Origin: an uncultured Verrucomicrobiae bacterium
GTDB lineage: Bacteria > Verrucomicrobiota > Verrucomicrobiia > Chthoniobacterales > Chthoniobacteraceae
Assembly: GCA_963769025.1 (NCBI GenBank)
Contig: CAVYKI010000003.1
Coordinates: 1,317,822 to 1,381,821 of the forward strand
Direction of reading: 5' to 3'
Length of the DNA: 64,000 nt
In this document: positions 1 to 11,261 of the stretch, piece by piece
Position numbering within the stretch: the first letter of the stretch is position 1
Layout: the number at the start of each line of letters is the position of its first letter
Position numbers and translations under genes: made by a program
Notes under the pieces: model-generated
What the model saw: only the letters and a program-made list of their open reading frames with translations
The model's database searches: none
What the model was told of the DNA's origin: nothing

Positions 1-936
1 CGGCACGATCTCCTGACGGCCGTGCGGCGGCTTCCAGTGCAGTTCCACGGACGCGCTCTTCTCCTGGAATTTGAGGTGCTCCAGCGAAATCGGATACGCC
101 CGGCCGCCGAGCAGGAAGATGCTCTTCTTTTCCTCGCGCACCGTCGGGCCGGGCGTCACCCACGCATCGATCAGCGGCTCGCGCGGATTGTTCACATAGA
201 GGCGGACACCATTCTCCGTCTTCACGATGAACTCATACATGCCCGTCTCCGGGGCGAAGATGGAGCCATCCCAGCGCGTGCTGAAATCATCCGGGCGCAG
301 CCGGTAGCGGTCCGGACTCTCCGCGCCGAAATGGAATGCGATCACCTTGTCCGTCTGCTCGTAGCTCGTGCGCTCCTTCTTGTTCCGCTCGGCACGCTGC
401 GCGTCGCCCCTCGGCTGCATGATCGGGCCGACGAGCACCGGAAATCTCCCGCTGTAACGAGCCTTCAGCCCGTGCGTCTTGCCGAACGGCCGGTCGAACC
501 CGCCCTGGAAGCGCCCGATCAGGTCCGCGACGGAATTCTGATACTGCTCGACGGTGAGCCGCGACAGGTCTTCGCGGATGGGATTGTTCCGCAATTGAGC
601 GGTCGGCGAGTAGAACGCGTCGAAAATGTATGCCGCGACGTCATCCGCGTCCTTGCCGACGCACGAGCCCTCCTTGTCCTCGGGCATGGACTTCGAGATA
701 TACTTGGCGAGCGCCGGGACGTTGCGGCGCCCCACCAGCGGCTCGTCGTGCTTTCCCGCGACGCCCTCGCCCGTCTTGCCGTGGCAGCTCGCGCACATCT
801 GGCGGTAAACCTTCGCGCCGGGATGCTCCGTTTTCGCATCTTCCGCCCATGTGCCGCCGGCTCCAAAAAGAAGAACTGCGGCAGCCGCAAACGCGGCCTT
901 CGGGAAGGTCGTGGGAATACTACGGTTTTGATTCAT
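1..936 (-). CDS. Secreted cytochrome c + PA14-domain protein (DUF1592-like PVC family), 3' end beyond window
   Basis: Not in ORF track. Manual minus-strand translation from ATG 936: MNQNRSIP...signal peptide...VYRQMCASCHG (CxxCH), RLTVEQYQNSVADL, then PA14-like FSTRWDGSIFAPETGMYEFIVKTENGVRLYVN; open to base 1. Confidence 0.75.
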   Translation of the reverse strand, partial: MNQNRSIPTTFPKAAFAAAAVLLFGAGGTWAEDAKTEHPGAKVYRQMCASCHGKTGEGVAGKHDEPLVGRRNVPALAKYISKSMPEDKEGSCVGKDADDVAAYIFDAFYSPTAQLRNNPIREDLSRLTVEQYQNSVADLIGRFQGGFDRPFGKTHGLKARYSGRFPVLVGPIMQPRGDAQRAERNKKERTSYEQTDKVIAFHFGAESPDRYRLRPDDFSTRWDGSIFAPETGMYEFIVKTENGVRLYVNNPREPLIDAWVTPGPTVREEKKSIFLLGGRAYPISLEHLKFQEKSASVELHWKPPHGRQEIVP

Positions 937-1007
937 TAAATGCACGCACCGCCAACCGTGCGGCGCAGGTGATCCTTAGAGGCAAAACGCAGCTATTCCA
1001 CGACGGG

Positions 1008-1976
1008 TTACGGGCCGGTTTTTTCCAGGGCGGCGACATTCGCGGAATCGTGCAGCGCCTTCATCTCCGCATCGGTCACCGCGCGATTGAAAACCGCCAG
1101 CCCGCCGAACCGCCCGATCGTCGCCTCGCGGAGCATGGAGCCGACTGCGTAGCGCGCGCCGACGGTGAAGTCCGACCCGCCGCCCGGCTTCGTCTGTGCG
1201 TGCTTTGCCGGGTCGTAGCGGAAGATGCCGCGACCGTGAAAATACGGGTTCATTCCGCGGTCCCCTCCGTCCGGCCCCTCCTTCGTGAAATACGGATCCG
1301 TCCGCTTGTGCTTCACCGGATCGAGCTTCAGCTCATCGAGCCGGCCATTGATGTAGGCCCGGATGTATTTCGAGTCGTAGGTGAAGCCCAACGTGCACCA
1401 TTTCTCCGTCGGCACCTCGCCCGCCGTCACCGCGTAGTCCGCGCACCACGGGAACGCGCTCCCGTCCGCGCGACGCGTCACGCCGCCTTCGCTGGAAATG
1501 TGCGGCACCAGCTTGTTCGGCCCTCCGTAGGTCGGCATGTTCATCAGCATCGCATACTGTCGCGTCCCCGTGTCGTCGTTCGCCCCTTTGCCCTCGCTCC
1601 ACATCCCCGCGATGGTCCGCGACTGCTGCAGATTCACGATGCGCACCACGGCGAACATCGAGACCTGCGCATCCTTGCCGCCGATGTTCAGGTCGCCCGT
1701 CTCCGCGTAGGGAATGTGGAAATACTGCTTCCCATTCAGGTCCGCCGCGAACCCCGAATACGGCCCGCCCTCCACCCGCGCAATCGGCCCGCCCACCTCC
1801 GTCAGGCCATGCTTCTCCTTCGTCCCCGATGACACACGCGCCTTCCCGGCCTCCTCGCCGAACGTCCAGAACGCCACCAGCCCCGGCATTTTCTCCACCG
1901 CCAAGACATCCCCCGGCGGCGCCGCGATGCCGGCAGCGGAGGAAAGTGCGAGGACGAGCGCGAGCAGGGATTTCAT
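1008..1976 (-). CDS. Secreted LamG/concanavalin A-like jelly-roll protein
   Basis: Signal peptide; [17 protein letters not shown]...[24 protein letters not shown] motifs. Confidence 0.7.
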   Translation of the reverse strand: MKSLLALVLALSSAAGIAAPPGDVLAVEKMPGLVAFWTFGEEAGKARVSSGTKEKHGLTEVGGPIARVEGGPYSGFAADLNGKQYFHIPYAETGDLNIGGKDAQVSMFAVVRIVNLQQSRTIAGMWSEGKGANDDTGTRQYAMLMNMPTYGGPNKLVPHISSEGGVTRRADGSAFPWCADYAVTAGEVPTEKWCTLGFTYDSKYIRAYINGRLDELKLDPVKHKRTDPYFTKEGPDGGDRGMNPYFHGRGIFRYDPAKHAQTKPGGGSDFTVGARYAVGSMLREATIGRFGGLAVFNRAVTDAEMKALHDSANVAALEKTGP

Positions 1977-2173
1977 GGCGTGGTGAAATGACCCTCTACC
2001 CTACGTCCCCGCCGGTGTCACTTCGCCTGTCGCTTCCGCTGGCGAGAGGAAACGGAGCCGAATCATGGGAGCCCGAAAATGGCCCGGGACTTGGGTACTG
2101 GGTTTCGGGCCGAAAAAAAATCGGGCAACGTCGCGGACGGGGCAAAAGAACCGTAGTCGCGTGCTGCTGTCGG

Positions 2174-3295
2174 CTACCTCGCCCCCGGCAGCGTGTCCGC
2201 CCCGTTCCCCTCGCGCACGGCGAGCGCGGCGAGTGTTTGCTTGAGCTTCTCCTGCTCTGCGGGATTTGCGGGCAGCGCAACCTTTTGGAAGGCAGGCAGG
2301 AGTTTTTCCCAGACGAGATCCAGTTCGGTCTGCATCTGGCCGGTCTTCGCGGTGATGGCGATGACGGCGTCCTGTTCGGGCATCACGAGGCAGATCTGGC
2401 CGTCGCGTCCGTCGCCGCGGAAGGCGTTGTGCTGGCAGCGCCAGAACTGGTAGCCGTAGCCCTGCCGCCAGTCGGGATTCATTCCGCTGCGGCGCCTTGT
2501 CGTTGTCCACTTGCTTGGAGGTTGCGTCCTCGACCCATTTTTCGGGCAGCAGTTGTTTGCCGTTCCACTTTCCTTTTTGCAGATAGAGCTGGCCGAATTT
2601 TGCGATGTCCTCGGTGCGGAGGAAAAGGCCGTAGCCGCCGAAGTTGAAACCCTCGGCGGTCGCGCCCCACTCGGGGTTCTCGATGCCGAGCGGCTCGAAC
2701 AGGCGTGGTTTGAGAAAATCGAGCACGCGTCTGGCCCGTGGCCTTCGTGACGATCGCCGAGAGCATGTAAGTGCCGGGCGTGTTGTAGCGGAACCAGGTG
2801 CCGGGTACGTGCGGGACGGGATGCGCGAGGAATTGCCTTCACGGAAGGGCCGTCCTCGATTTTGAATTTCGGCTCGGTGTCGTGCCCGCCGCTCATCGAG
2901 AGCAGGTCGCGCACGCGCATCGCCTTGAGATTTTCGGACGCATCCGCCGGAGTCTCGGACGGGAAAAATTTGAGCACGGGATCATCCACTCTCAGTTTCC
3001 CCTCCGCGGCCGCGAGCCCGACGGCGGTCGAGGTGAAGCTCTTGCTGAGCGACCACAGCACGTGCGGCTTCTCCGCCGACTCCGGCTTCCACCAGCCCTC
3101 GGCAATCACGTGCCCGTGCCGAACGAGCATGAAGCTGTGCAGCGTGTGGATCGTTTTGTGCGCCGACTCGACGAACTCGCGGATCGCTGCGGAGGGAACG
3201 CCCTGCGCCTCCGGCGTGCTGCGCGGGAGCGGGGCGCCAGCGATGGCGTGGGCGGCGAGGAGAAAAAGAAGCGGGGCGAGGCGGGCAGGAGTCAT
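2174..3295 (-). CDS. Serine hydrolase, beta-lactamase class C-like (three compensating frameshifts)
   Basis: SxxK (SLSKSFTS), LLSMSGG, LFEPLGI, GYGYQFW and RGDGRDGQ are spread over ORFs 2174-3397, 2479-2766 and 2001-2726. Confidence 0.85.
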   Translation of the reverse strand: MTPARLAPLLFLLAAHAIAGAPLPRSTPEAQGVPSAAIREFVESAHKTIHTLHSFMLVRHGHVIAEGWWKPESAEKPHVLWSLSKSFTSTAVGLAAAEGKLRVDDPVLKFFPSETPADASENLKAMRVRDLLSMSGGHDTEPKFKIEDGPSVKAIPRASRPARTRHLVPLQHARHLHALGDRHEGHGPDACSIFSNHACSSRSASRTPSGARPPRVSTSAATAFSSAPRTSQNSASSICKKESGTANNCCPKNGSRTQPPSKWTTTRRRSGMNPDWRQGYGYQFWRCQHNAFRGDGRDGQICLVMPEQDAVIAITAKTGQMQTELDLVWEKLLPAFQKVALPANPAEQEKLKQTLAALAVREGNGADTLPGAR

Positions 3296-3404
3296 GCGCG
3301 CTTGATGGCCGCAAACTTCCCGCGTGTCGCGCGGAAACAGCGTGACGAGCCGCCGCAAATGCAAACCGCTCACATCGGACGCCGCGTCCCGGAACACACC
3401 CCGT

Positions 3405-3872
3405 TCACGCGCCGGGTGCTTCGACCTTCACCTCGGTCTTGATCGAATTCGCGATGAAGCACTGCTCGTGGGCGGCGTGGTGGAGGCGGTCCAGATCTGC
3501 GGGCGTCGGCAGCTTTTCGCCGCTCCATGCGATGCGCGGGCGGAGCGTGATGACGCTCACCCACGGCACGCCGCGCTCGTTTTTCGACATCACGCCCACG
3601 GCCTCGTCCTCGTAGCGGTCGGCGGTGAAGCCTTCGCGCGAGGCGAGCCAGACGAATGTCAGCATGTGGCAGCTCGAAATCGAGGCCACGAACGCCTCCT
3701 CCGGGTCCACGCCCGCGGGATTCGACCACGGCGCGGGCACGACGGATGGCGCGGGCGAGGCGGGCACGGTGACGCCGCCGTCGAACGTCCACGTGTGCTC
3801 GCGCGAGTATTTCCCTTTTGCAAAATCCGGCCCGGTGCGGGTCCAGCGGATGGTGGCGGTGTGGTTGGACAT
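3405..3872 (-). CDS. OsmC/Ohr family protein
   Basis: DPEEAFVASISSCHMLTF and AHEQCFIANS with the two conserved Cys. Confidence 0.9.
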   Translation of the reverse strand: MSNHTATIRWTRTGPDFAKGKYSREHTWTFDGGVTVPASPAPSVVPAPWSNPAGVDPEEAFVASISSCHMLTFVWLASREGFTADRYEDEAVGVMSKNERGVPWVSVITLRPRIAWSGEKLPTPADLDRLHHAAHEQCFIANSIKTEVKVEAPGA

Positions 3873-4115
3873 GGGAGGGACGATACCGGATGCCCGCTAT
3901 CGCCAAGGCTCTCCCGGGCGCGATGCGGAGCGGGGCTTGGAAGGCACGCATGCGGCGGCATGGCTCCTGCTTTCTCACCTTTGCAAATTCCAAGCAACAT
4001 CACCAACCAACCGCCCGCCGATCGGCGGGGTCGCTTCCCGCGCAGCGCTCGGAGGAGCGGCCTTCATGCGGAGACATCCGCAGTGTCTGCCCGGCTCGAT
4101 GCAACCCTGCCATTT

Positions 4116-5390
4116 ATGACACCAGCCCCGATCCCCGCCAATGAAACCGAGCGTCTTGCCGCCCTCGCGCGGTACGACATCCTCGACACGGAGGCCGAGC
4201 TGGAGTTCGACGATTTCACCTGGCTGGCTTCGCAGATCTGCGGGACGCCCATCGCGCTCATCTCTCTGGTGGATGCCGAGCGGCAGTGGTTCAAGAGCAA
4301 GGTGGGACTCGATGCCAGCGAGACTCCGCGGGAACTCGCGTTTTGCGCGCACGCCATCCATGGAACGGAGCTTTTTGAAGTCCCAAATGCGCTGGACGAC
4401 GGGCGCTTTGCCGACAATCCGCTGGTCACGGGCGCACCGGACATCCGTTTTTACGCCGGATCGCCGCTCACCACGCCGTCTGGATTGCGGCTCGGCACGC
4501 TGTGCGTCATCGACCGGGTGGCCCGGAACCTCACTGCCGAGCAGCGGGAATCCCTCGCCCGCCTCGGGCGGCAGGTGGTCGCGCAACTGGAACTGCGGCT
4601 CGCCAAGAAGGAACTCGAGGAGCGGCTGGCCTCGCAGGAAAAGGCGGAAAAGAAAATCAAGACACTGCACGCCGACTTGAAACGTCACGCGACGCAGATC
4701 GAGCAGGCCAATCGTGAACTGACGGATTTTGCCTATGTCGTGTCGCACGATCTGAAGGCGCCGCTTCGCGGAATCGCCTCGCTGGCCGGCTGGCTTTCCA
4801 CGGATTACGCCGGGAAGATCGGAGCGGAGGGACAGGAACAACTCGGATTGATGGTCGGTCGCGTGAAACGGATGAATGCGCTGATCGACGGCATCCTGAC
4901 TTACTCGCGCGCGGGACGTTCGCGGGAAGCGCGCGTGGAAATGGACCTCGCGAAGCTCGTGCCGAACGTGATCGATCTGCTCGCGGTGCCGCCGCACATT
5001 CTTGTGGAAGTGACGGGCCCGATGCCGCGCGTGATGATCGAGCCTACGAAGGCGCAGCAGGTTTTCCAAAACCTGCTCAGCAACGCGATCAAGTACATGG
5101 ACAAGCCGCAGGGCGTCGTCCGCGTGGGCTGCGAGGCGGACGGGGAGGAATTCTGGCGGTTCTCCGTGTCGGACAACGGGCCGGGCATCGAGGAGAAATA
5201 CTTCGAGAAGGTCTTCCAGCTCTTCCAGACGCTCGCTCCGCGCGACTCGGTGGAAGGCACCGGCGTCGGGCTCGCCCTCGTCAAGAAAATCGTGGAAACC
5301 GAAGGCGGCCGTGTGTGGCTGGAGTCCACCCCGGGCGAGGGCACTGCCTTCCACTTCACCCTTCCGCAAATGCCCACCTTTGCGATCTAA
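4116..5390 (+). CDS. GAF-sensor histidine kinase
   Basis: GAF (RLAALARYDILDT, AFCAHAI, IRFYAG), H-box SHDLKAPL, N/G boxes NLLSNAIKY, DNGPGI, GTGVGL; start moved to ATG 4116. Confidence 0.92.
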   Translation: MTPAPIPANETERLAALARYDILDTEAELEFDDFTWLASQICGTPIALISLVDAERQWFKSKVGLDASETPRELAFCAHAIHGTELFEVPNALDDGRFADNPLVTGAPDIRFYAGSPLTTPSGLRLGTLCVIDRVARNLTAEQRESLARLGRQVVAQLELRLAKKELEERLASQEKAEKKIKTLHADLKRHATQIEQANRELTDFAYVVSHDLKAPLRGIASLAGWLSTDYAGKIGAEGQEQLGLMVGRVKRMNALIDGILTYSRAGRSREARVEMDLAKLVPNVIDLLAVPPHILVEVTGPMPRVMIEPTKAQQVFQNLLSNAIKYMDKPQGVVRVGCEADGEEFWRFSVSDNGPGIEEKYFEKVFQLFQTLAPRDSVEGTGVGLALVKKIVETEGGRVWLESTPGEGTAFHFTLPQMPTFAI

Positions 5391-5410
5391 ACGGCTGAGA
5401 AACCACACCC

Positions 5411-5824
5411 ATGAAACCCGACCAGGCACTGCTTCTCGTGGAAGACGACAGCATCGACGCGATGACCGTCCGGCGCTCGCTGCGCGAATTGGGATCGCCC
5501 AATCCCCTGCATCACGTCACCGACGGCGAGGCAGCCCTCGCGTTTCTGCGCGACCCCGCCAATCCGCGGCCGGGGCTGATCCTGCTCGATATCAACATGC
5601 CGCGCATGAACGGCATCGAGTTCCTGGAGCATGCCAAGAAGGACCCGGACTTGTGTTCCATCCCGGTCGTCGTGCTCACCACGTCCAAGGAAGACACCGA
5701 CCGCTTCAACTCATTCAGCAAAAATGTCGCCGGCTACATGGTGAAGCCGGTGGACTACGATCAGTTCGTCGAGGTCATGCGGAAAATCCGCGACTACTGG
5801 ATGCTGAGCGAATCCGCCAACTGA
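5411..5824 (+). CDS. Single-domain response regulator (Rcp1-like)
   Basis: LLVEDD, LLDINMPRMNG, VVVLTTS, YMVKP. Confidence 0.92.
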   Translation: MKPDQALLLVEDDSIDAMTVRRSLRELGSPNPLHHVTDGEAALAFLRDPANPRPGLILLDINMPRMNGIEFLEHAKKDPDLCSIPVVVLTTSKEDTDRFNSFSKNVAGYMVKPVDYDQFVEVMRKIRDYWMLSESAN

Positions 5825-5836
5825 ACCCGCCCTGTC

Positions 5837-6844
5837 ATGTCGAACCCAATTTCCATTCTGCTCATCGAGGACGACATCGTCGATCAGATGGCATTCACCG
5901 CACTCGTCGAGAGCGAAAAGCTGCCGTATCAGGTGCAAATCGCAGGCTCGGTCGCCGAGGCCAGGCAGCTCCTGACATCCTGCCTGTTCGACCTCGTCAT
6001 CACCGACTACCGGTTGCCCGACGGCACGTCGTTTGAGCTCTTCGACATACTGGAAAACAGGCTGGTGATCTTCGCCACAGGCGCAGGCGACGAGGAGACG
6101 GCCGCGAAGGCCCTGCACCTCGGAGTGCGTGACTACCTGATCAAGGATCCCGAGCGCAAATACCTGAGACTTCTTCCCCACCGGGTGAATTCCGTGATGC
6201 GCCAAGCACGCGGCGAGAAGGCCCTGCGGGAAAGCGAAGAGCGCTACCGGGAGCTTTTTGAAGGCGCGAGCGATCTGATCCAGGGCGTCGCGCTCGATGG
6301 CTCGATCCTGTTTGTGAATCGTGCGTGGAGGGAGGCATTCGGCTATAGCGAGGAGGAGGTCCGCGGGCTGAAGCTGATGGACATCATCCATCCGTCCTCG
6401 CTCGCCCATTGCATGGAGGCCTTCCACCGGGTGATCCACGGAAATCCCGCCCGCGACGTCGCAGCGACCTTTGTGACGCGGGAAGGCAAGGAGATCATCC
6501 TCGAGGGCAACGCCGACTGCCATTTCGTGGACGGCAAGCCCGCTTCGACGCGGGCGATTTTCCGCGACATCACGGAAAAGAAACGTGCGGAGGAAGCGCT
6601 CCGCCTGGCAAACGAGGAACTCACGCGCGCCCTCGCCGAGGTGAAGCAACTCGAGGGACTCCTGCCGATCTGCATGTACTGCAAAAAAATCCGCGACGAC
6701 GACAACGACTGGCAGGAGGTGGAGACGTACGTGCGGCAGCGCACGGAGGCGAAATTCACCGACGGAATCTGTCCCTGCTGCCTGGACCAATGGAAAGAGG
6801 CCTACGACTCGGGTGCGACGACGTTCGGAGCGCGCACGATTTAA
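5837..6844 (+). CDS. Receiver + PAS protein with Cys-rich C-terminal module
   Basis: LLIEDD...ITDYRLPDG receiver; PAS FVNRAW...RDITE; tail LLPICMYCKKIR...GICPCC. Confidence 0.85.
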   Translation: MSNPISILLIEDDIVDQMAFTALVESEKLPYQVQIAGSVAEARQLLTSCLFDLVITDYRLPDGTSFELFDILENRLVIFATGAGDEETAAKALHLGVRDYLIKDPERKYLRLLPHRVNSVMRQARGEKALRESEERYRELFEGASDLIQGVALDGSILFVNRAWREAFGYSEEEVRGLKLMDIIHPSSLAHCMEAFHRVIHGNPARDVAATFVTREGKEIILEGNADCHFVDGKPASTRAIFRDITEKKRAEEALRLANEELTRALAEVKQLEGLLPICMYCKKIRDDDNDWQEVETYVRQRTEAKFTDGICPCCLDQWKEAYDSGATTFGARTI

Positions 6845-6882
6845 CTTCGATAGGTGAGCGGCGCTGAGATCGCTCGGCCTGG

Positions 6883-7422
6883 TCACGGCAGCAGACGTTT
6901 GCTCATCCGGACGACAGGCAATTTCAATCCGCCGCGCATCGGCACCTCGTAGCGCTCGACGACCGCGTAGGCAGAGCTGGCATACAGCGGTTCGCCGGCG
7001 AGGGTGGCGACGAGTTCGGCGGAGCGGAAACCGTTCTTCACGACTGCTTCCTCGCACGCCGCAAGGATCGCGCGTCCGATCCCGCGCCTCGCAAAATCCG
7101 GATGCACGAAAAAGGCGCGGATCCGTGCCGGGTCGCGCGCCGGATCGATCAATCCGTCCTCGCCGGAACGAGCGCGATCGCCGCCGAAGACCGCCTTGCG
7201 CCGGCTCCATCCGCCGCAGCCGACGATGTGCCCCGCATCTTCCACGACAAAGTAAGTGCCGTCCGTGATGAGCTGCCGATCCACGCCGAAGACCGGCCCG
7301 AGCGCGGCCTCCATCTGCGCGGGCGAGTAATGCGCGGCCTGGAGCGCACGGACCGAGAGCGGGATGAGTTCCTCCAGCGCGGGAACGTCGTCCATCCGGG
7401 CCGGGCGCAACGTCCAGTTCAC
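6883..7422 (-). CDS. GNAT N-acetyltransferase
   Basis: [33 protein letters not shown]; own GTG start at 7422. Confidence 0.85.
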   Translation of the reverse strand: MNWTLRPARMDDVPALEELIPLSVRALQAAHYSPAQMEAALGPVFGVDRQLITDGTYFVVEDAGHIVGCGGWSRRKAVFGGDRARSGEDGLIDPARDPARIRAFFVHPDFARRGIGRAILAACEEAVVKNGFRSAELVATLAGEPLYASSAYAVVERYEVPMRGGLKLPVVRMSKRLLP

Positions 7423-7436
7423 CGGGCAGCGGTCCT

Positions 7437-8712
7437 TTAAACGGGGAGGCTCTTCCGCAGCATCGCCGTCATTTCCTGCTGGCGCTGCTCCACAAACTGC
7501 GCGGGCCTTCGCCGCCTTCGCCTTTGCGGCGGCGGGATCCTTTGCGAGCGCGAGCACGGTGTCGGCGACGCGCGCAAGTTCGTCGTCCTTGTCCAGATCG
7601 AAGAGCCAGTCACCGAGCCCGATGTCGCGCCACATGATGCCCTTGCTCGTCTGCTCCGCCCAGCGGCAGACGATGGCGGGGATGCCGTTGCCGATGCACA
7701 TGATGGGCGAATGCATCTCGTGCCCGAACAGGCCCGCGCTGCGGCGGTACGTGCTGAGCGCCTCGTCGGTGAGCCAGTAATTTTCGCGCCAGACGCAACG
7801 CGCGCGGATGTCATCGGGCAGTTTGTCGAAGAGGTTCTCCTTGTTCACCGCCATCTGCGTCTCGTCCTCGGGGCAGAGCAAAATCTTGAGGTCGGTGTTC
7901 TTGATCACGGCGGTGATCGCATCGCGCAGCGGCTTGCAATCGTGCTCCTTCATCTCCTCGTTCCGCGCGTGCTTCTTCTCGTCGAATGCGGCCTTCTTGC
8001 TCGCGACCTTCCAGTACGGCGTGTAGCGCAGGCGCGGGATGCAGCAGAGGAATTTCCCCTCCTCCAGTCCGTTTGCTTTCAGGAATGCATCGGCCTTCGC
8101 GTCGTCGCGCAGGTCCGTGGCAAATGCACCGTCCGGCCCGAACTCCATCACGGGGCTCGTGCAGCCGCGCTTCTTCGCGAGGTCGAGCGAGACCGAGTCG
8201 CGGAAGTACACGAACTTCGCGCCGCTGAGCAATTGGACCGTCTGCGAAATGACACCGTCGGGCGTCGCCTTTGTGGATGAGGAACTGGTCACCGGCAGCG
8301 TGATGCCGAAGACGCCGTACGGCTTGCCGGTTTCCTTGGCCCACTTCGCGAGTTCCCGCTCGCCGACGAGCGACGGGCCCGATCCGTGGAGCATGAAGTC
8401 GCATTCCGCGAACGCGGTCTTCTTCTCCTCCGCGTCCTTGAGGATGATCAGCTTCGGAAAGCGCGCGCGCAGCATTTCCTCGACGCCGTTGCCCACGCTG
8501 CTCGGCCAGAGGCGCACCTCGGCCTCCGGCAGATGCTTTTCCAAGATCGCGAGCACGCCCGGCGTGTGCGCGATGTCGCCGATGTTCACCGTCTGCCACG
8601 ACGAGCGGAGCAGGATGCGCGGCGCGCGCTTTTCGGCGGAGAATAGATTCGGGGCGAGCGCGGCGGCCGTGATCGCTGTGGCGGATTGGGTGAGGAAGGT
8701 CCTGCGGTTCAT
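7437..8712 (-). CDS. Tat-exported polysaccharide pyruvyl transferase family protein (frameshift near 7495)
   Basis: RRTFL Tat signal, NIGDIAH, YFRDSVS, FGPDGAF, EMHSPI; true C-terminus [19 protein letters not shown] lies in another frame. Confidence 0.75.
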
Positions 8713-10010
8713 TTGGTGAGGGATGGCAGTTTGTCGCTGATTGGGGTTTCGCCGCGAAGCAATTTTCCACCCGCGCCGGTCAGGCGGAGGTAGAAGTCGG
8801 AGGGCAGCGATTCGTAGGTGATGAAATGAGACTGATCACTGACGGGCGCGTCGTTCGTGCATTTGAAAATGGCGGTGCCCTCGTCCACCTCGTCGAACAT
8901 CGCGACGTAGATCATCTCCGCGCCGGCGCGTTTCGCGGCGGTGAATTGCGACCAGAGGAATTCGCCCTTGCGCCGCGGGATGGAGTCGGGCGGGCCCCCG
9001 TGCATGTTGTGCCAACTGAAGCCCGGGAAGACGACGGGGAGGTAGTCGAGCTTTGCCTCCGCGCACCACGCGAGGTCGGGCTTCAGGAATTTCTCCTCGT
9101 GCCGCGCCACGCCCGCGGCGTCGCGATAGCGGCCGACGGTCCACGGGCTGACGACATCGGCGAGCTTCAGCACGTCGTGCAGCGCAGGATCGGCGAGCGC
9201 GTCGTTCTTCAGCTCGCGCCAGTGCGTCGGCACGCCGAGCATTACGGAGCAGCCGTCCTTTTTCAAAAACTCCACGAGCTGCCTTGTCTCGGCCAATGTG
9301 TATTTCCGATCGTCGCTGAAGCCGACGCCCCACACGGCGACGAGCGGCTTGCCGCGATGGCGCAGGTACGCGGGGCTGTCGGTCACGTGCAGTTCGGCGC
9401 GCAGCGAACGCCAGTCGTCCATCACCTGCTGCATGCGATCCGCGCGGAGACCGCTGAGGTCGTACATCACGACGAAAGCGCGCCCGGCCTCCTCGGCACC
9501 GTCGCGGCAGTGGGAGAGCACGGTGTTGTTGTGCCGGAGAACTTTCGGATCGCGGAGATCCGCGGCAAAGCGCTGCACGAATGCGCCATCGATCCCGTAA
9601 TCGCGCATCCATTCAAAATGCCGGAGCACGGTTTTCCTTTTGAACGAGCTGAACACCTCGGCAACGCGCCCGTCCGCATGCTTGAAGCCGGTGGCGAAAC
9701 GCTCGTCCGCATCGAGGTCGGAGACATCGGGCCACAGATCGATCTTCGCGTTGCCCGGCGCGAACGGCCCGCGGCCTTTGGTCCAATGCACCCAGCCGCG
9801 CTCCGCGCCGTCGCCTTCGCAGTTGAACCAGCCCTGATAGCCGCACATCACTTTCCCGGCGAGAGTGCCCGCATCCACGCGCGGCGCGGCGGCAGTCGCG
9901 ATGTGGCCGAGCGGGAGGACGAGAAAAAGAAGTGCCAACAGCACCCGCAGAAAGCTGCGCGATCCGCAGGCGACTTTTCCGTGGCTCGCTAGGCCTTCGC
10001 CGGCCCGCAT
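8709..10010 (-). CDS. Glycoside hydrolase, GH71/GH99-like (start uncertain)
   Basis: [45 protein letters not shown]. Confidence 0.75.
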   Translation of the reverse strand: MRAGEGLASHGKVACGSRSFLRVLLALLFLVLPLGHIATAAAPRVDAGTLAGKVMCGYQGWFNCEGDGAERGWVHWTKGRGPFAPGNAKIDLWPDVSDLDADERFATGFKHADGRVAEVFSSFKRKTVLRHFEWMRDYGIDGAFVQRFAADLRDPKVLRHNNTVLSHCRDGAEEAGRAFVVMYDLSGLRADRMQQVMDDWRSLRAELHVTDSPAYLRHRGKPLVAVWGVGFSDDRKYTLAETRQLVEFLKKDGCSVMLGVPTHWRELKNDALADPALHDVLKLADVVSPWTVGRYRDAAGVARHEEKFLKPDLAWCAEAKLDYLPVVFPGFSWHNMHGGPPDSIPRRKGEFLWSQFTAAKRAGAEMIYVAMFDEVDEGTAIFKCTNDAPVSDQSHFITYESLPSDFYLRLTGAGGKLLRGETPISDKLPSLTK

Positions 10011-11125
10011 GACTCGCGCTCGATGAGATGGGGACCGACGGTCATCCGGATCGAATCAGTCGGGACTCCCTCGCGGATCTGGCGGTCGGCCTCTTTCACG
10101 GCCAAAGAGGCGAGGGCATCCACGGGCAGCACGACGGCGCTCACCGGGATGCAGGCGTCGATCGGCCCCGAGTGATCCGCGAAAGTAATGACGCTCAGCG
10201 CACCCGGCACTTCGATGCCGTGTCGCTGGGCTGCGGCGAGCGCACCGGAGGCCGCATTTTCCGAGAGGCAAAGCAACGCAGTCGGCGGGGATGGGCGGGT
10301 GCGCAGCTGCTCCACGGCTGCTACGCCGGCTTCAAAATTCAGGTTTCCTGCAAAGACGTTCTCCGGCGCGATGGTGAGACCGAGATGCCCGGCAGTGTCG
10401 CTGATGGCCTGGCTCATCTCCATGAGCCGCGGATCGTGGCTGCCAAACGGGCCGCTGACGATTCCGATGCTGCGGTGCCCATGCCGGGCGAGCAGGCCAA
10501 TCGCGAGATCGGCGGCAGCGTTGTAATCCGGCAGCAGGCAGGTCGTCCCAGGGAGGTGTGCGGTGTGCCCGAGAAGGATGGCGGGGAGGCCCCGCGCATG
10601 CACGACACGGCAGATCGAGTCATTGCCGCTGCCGACACAAAGGATCTTGGACGCGGTGCCGTGTTTCAGCGGGGCGGGAAGGTCGGTCTCGATGGAATAC
10701 TCGTGCGCTTCGGAATACAGGATCACCCCGATGCTTGCCGGCTGGACCGGGATTTGGGCCATCAACGCCGCTGTGAGACGCGCGACGAACGGATTTGCGA
10801 TTCCACCGGGGATCTTGTCGGAGACGAGCAGGCAGGTTTCCCCGAGTTCGGGGTAAATGCGGACGACAGCGCGGAGGTCGTTCGGCACGTAGCCAAGGTC
10901 GCGGCAAATCTTGAAGACGCGCTCGCGTGTCTTCGGGCTGACGCGGATGCCGTAGTCGCGATCATTGAGGAGCGAGGATATCGCTCCTTGGGAAATACCG
11001 GACGCGCGTGCAATGTGGGCCATCGTCACGGACTTGGCACCGCCATTGCCACGCGAAATGGAACCTCGGTTCTGTGGCTCCCCCCGGGCGCTGTCGCCGG
11101 TGAAACCCTCGCTGGGCACGCTCAT
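9989..11125 (-). CDS. LacI family transcriptional regulator
   Basis: TMAHIARASGISQGAISSLLN HTH; C-terminal VPGALSVITF...LIERES. Confidence 0.85.
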   Translation of the reverse strand: MSVPSEGFTGDSARGEPQNRGSISRGNGGAKSVTMAHIARASGISQGAISSLLNDRDYGIRVSPKTRERVFKICRDLGYVPNDLRAVVRIYPELGETCLLVSDKIPGGIANPFVARLTAALMAQIPVQPASIGVILYSEAHEYSIETDLPAPLKHGTASKILCVGSGNDSICRVVHARGLPAILLGHTAHLPGTTCLLPDYNAAADLAIGLLARHGHRSIGIVSGPFGSHDPRLMEMSQAISDTAGHLGLTIAPENVFAGNLNFEAGVAAVEQLRTRPSPPTALLCLSENAASGALAAAQRHGIEVPGALSVITFADHSGPIDACIPVSAVVLPVDALASLAVKEADRQIREGVPTDSIRMTVGPHLIERESCGPAKA

Positions 11126-11261
11126 GTGTTATTATTAAGCCCACAGCCGCCGCCTTACAAAGACAAATAATGACCCAATCTTGACAGTTTGCGGCATCTC
11201 CAAAATCCCGGGCTGCGAATTACCGTTTCGCGCACGGACTACCGTGCGGCGAAAACAGCCG

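Noticed and set aside
4116..5824. Bacteriophytochrome with Rcp1
   Set aside because: The GAF lacks the DIP motif and there is no PHY domain; ordinary GAF kinase.
6883..8712. Apparent pyruvyl transferase-GNAT fusion (609 aa)
   Set aside because: A frameshift near 7495 bypasses the true stop at 7437; the GNAT has its own start.
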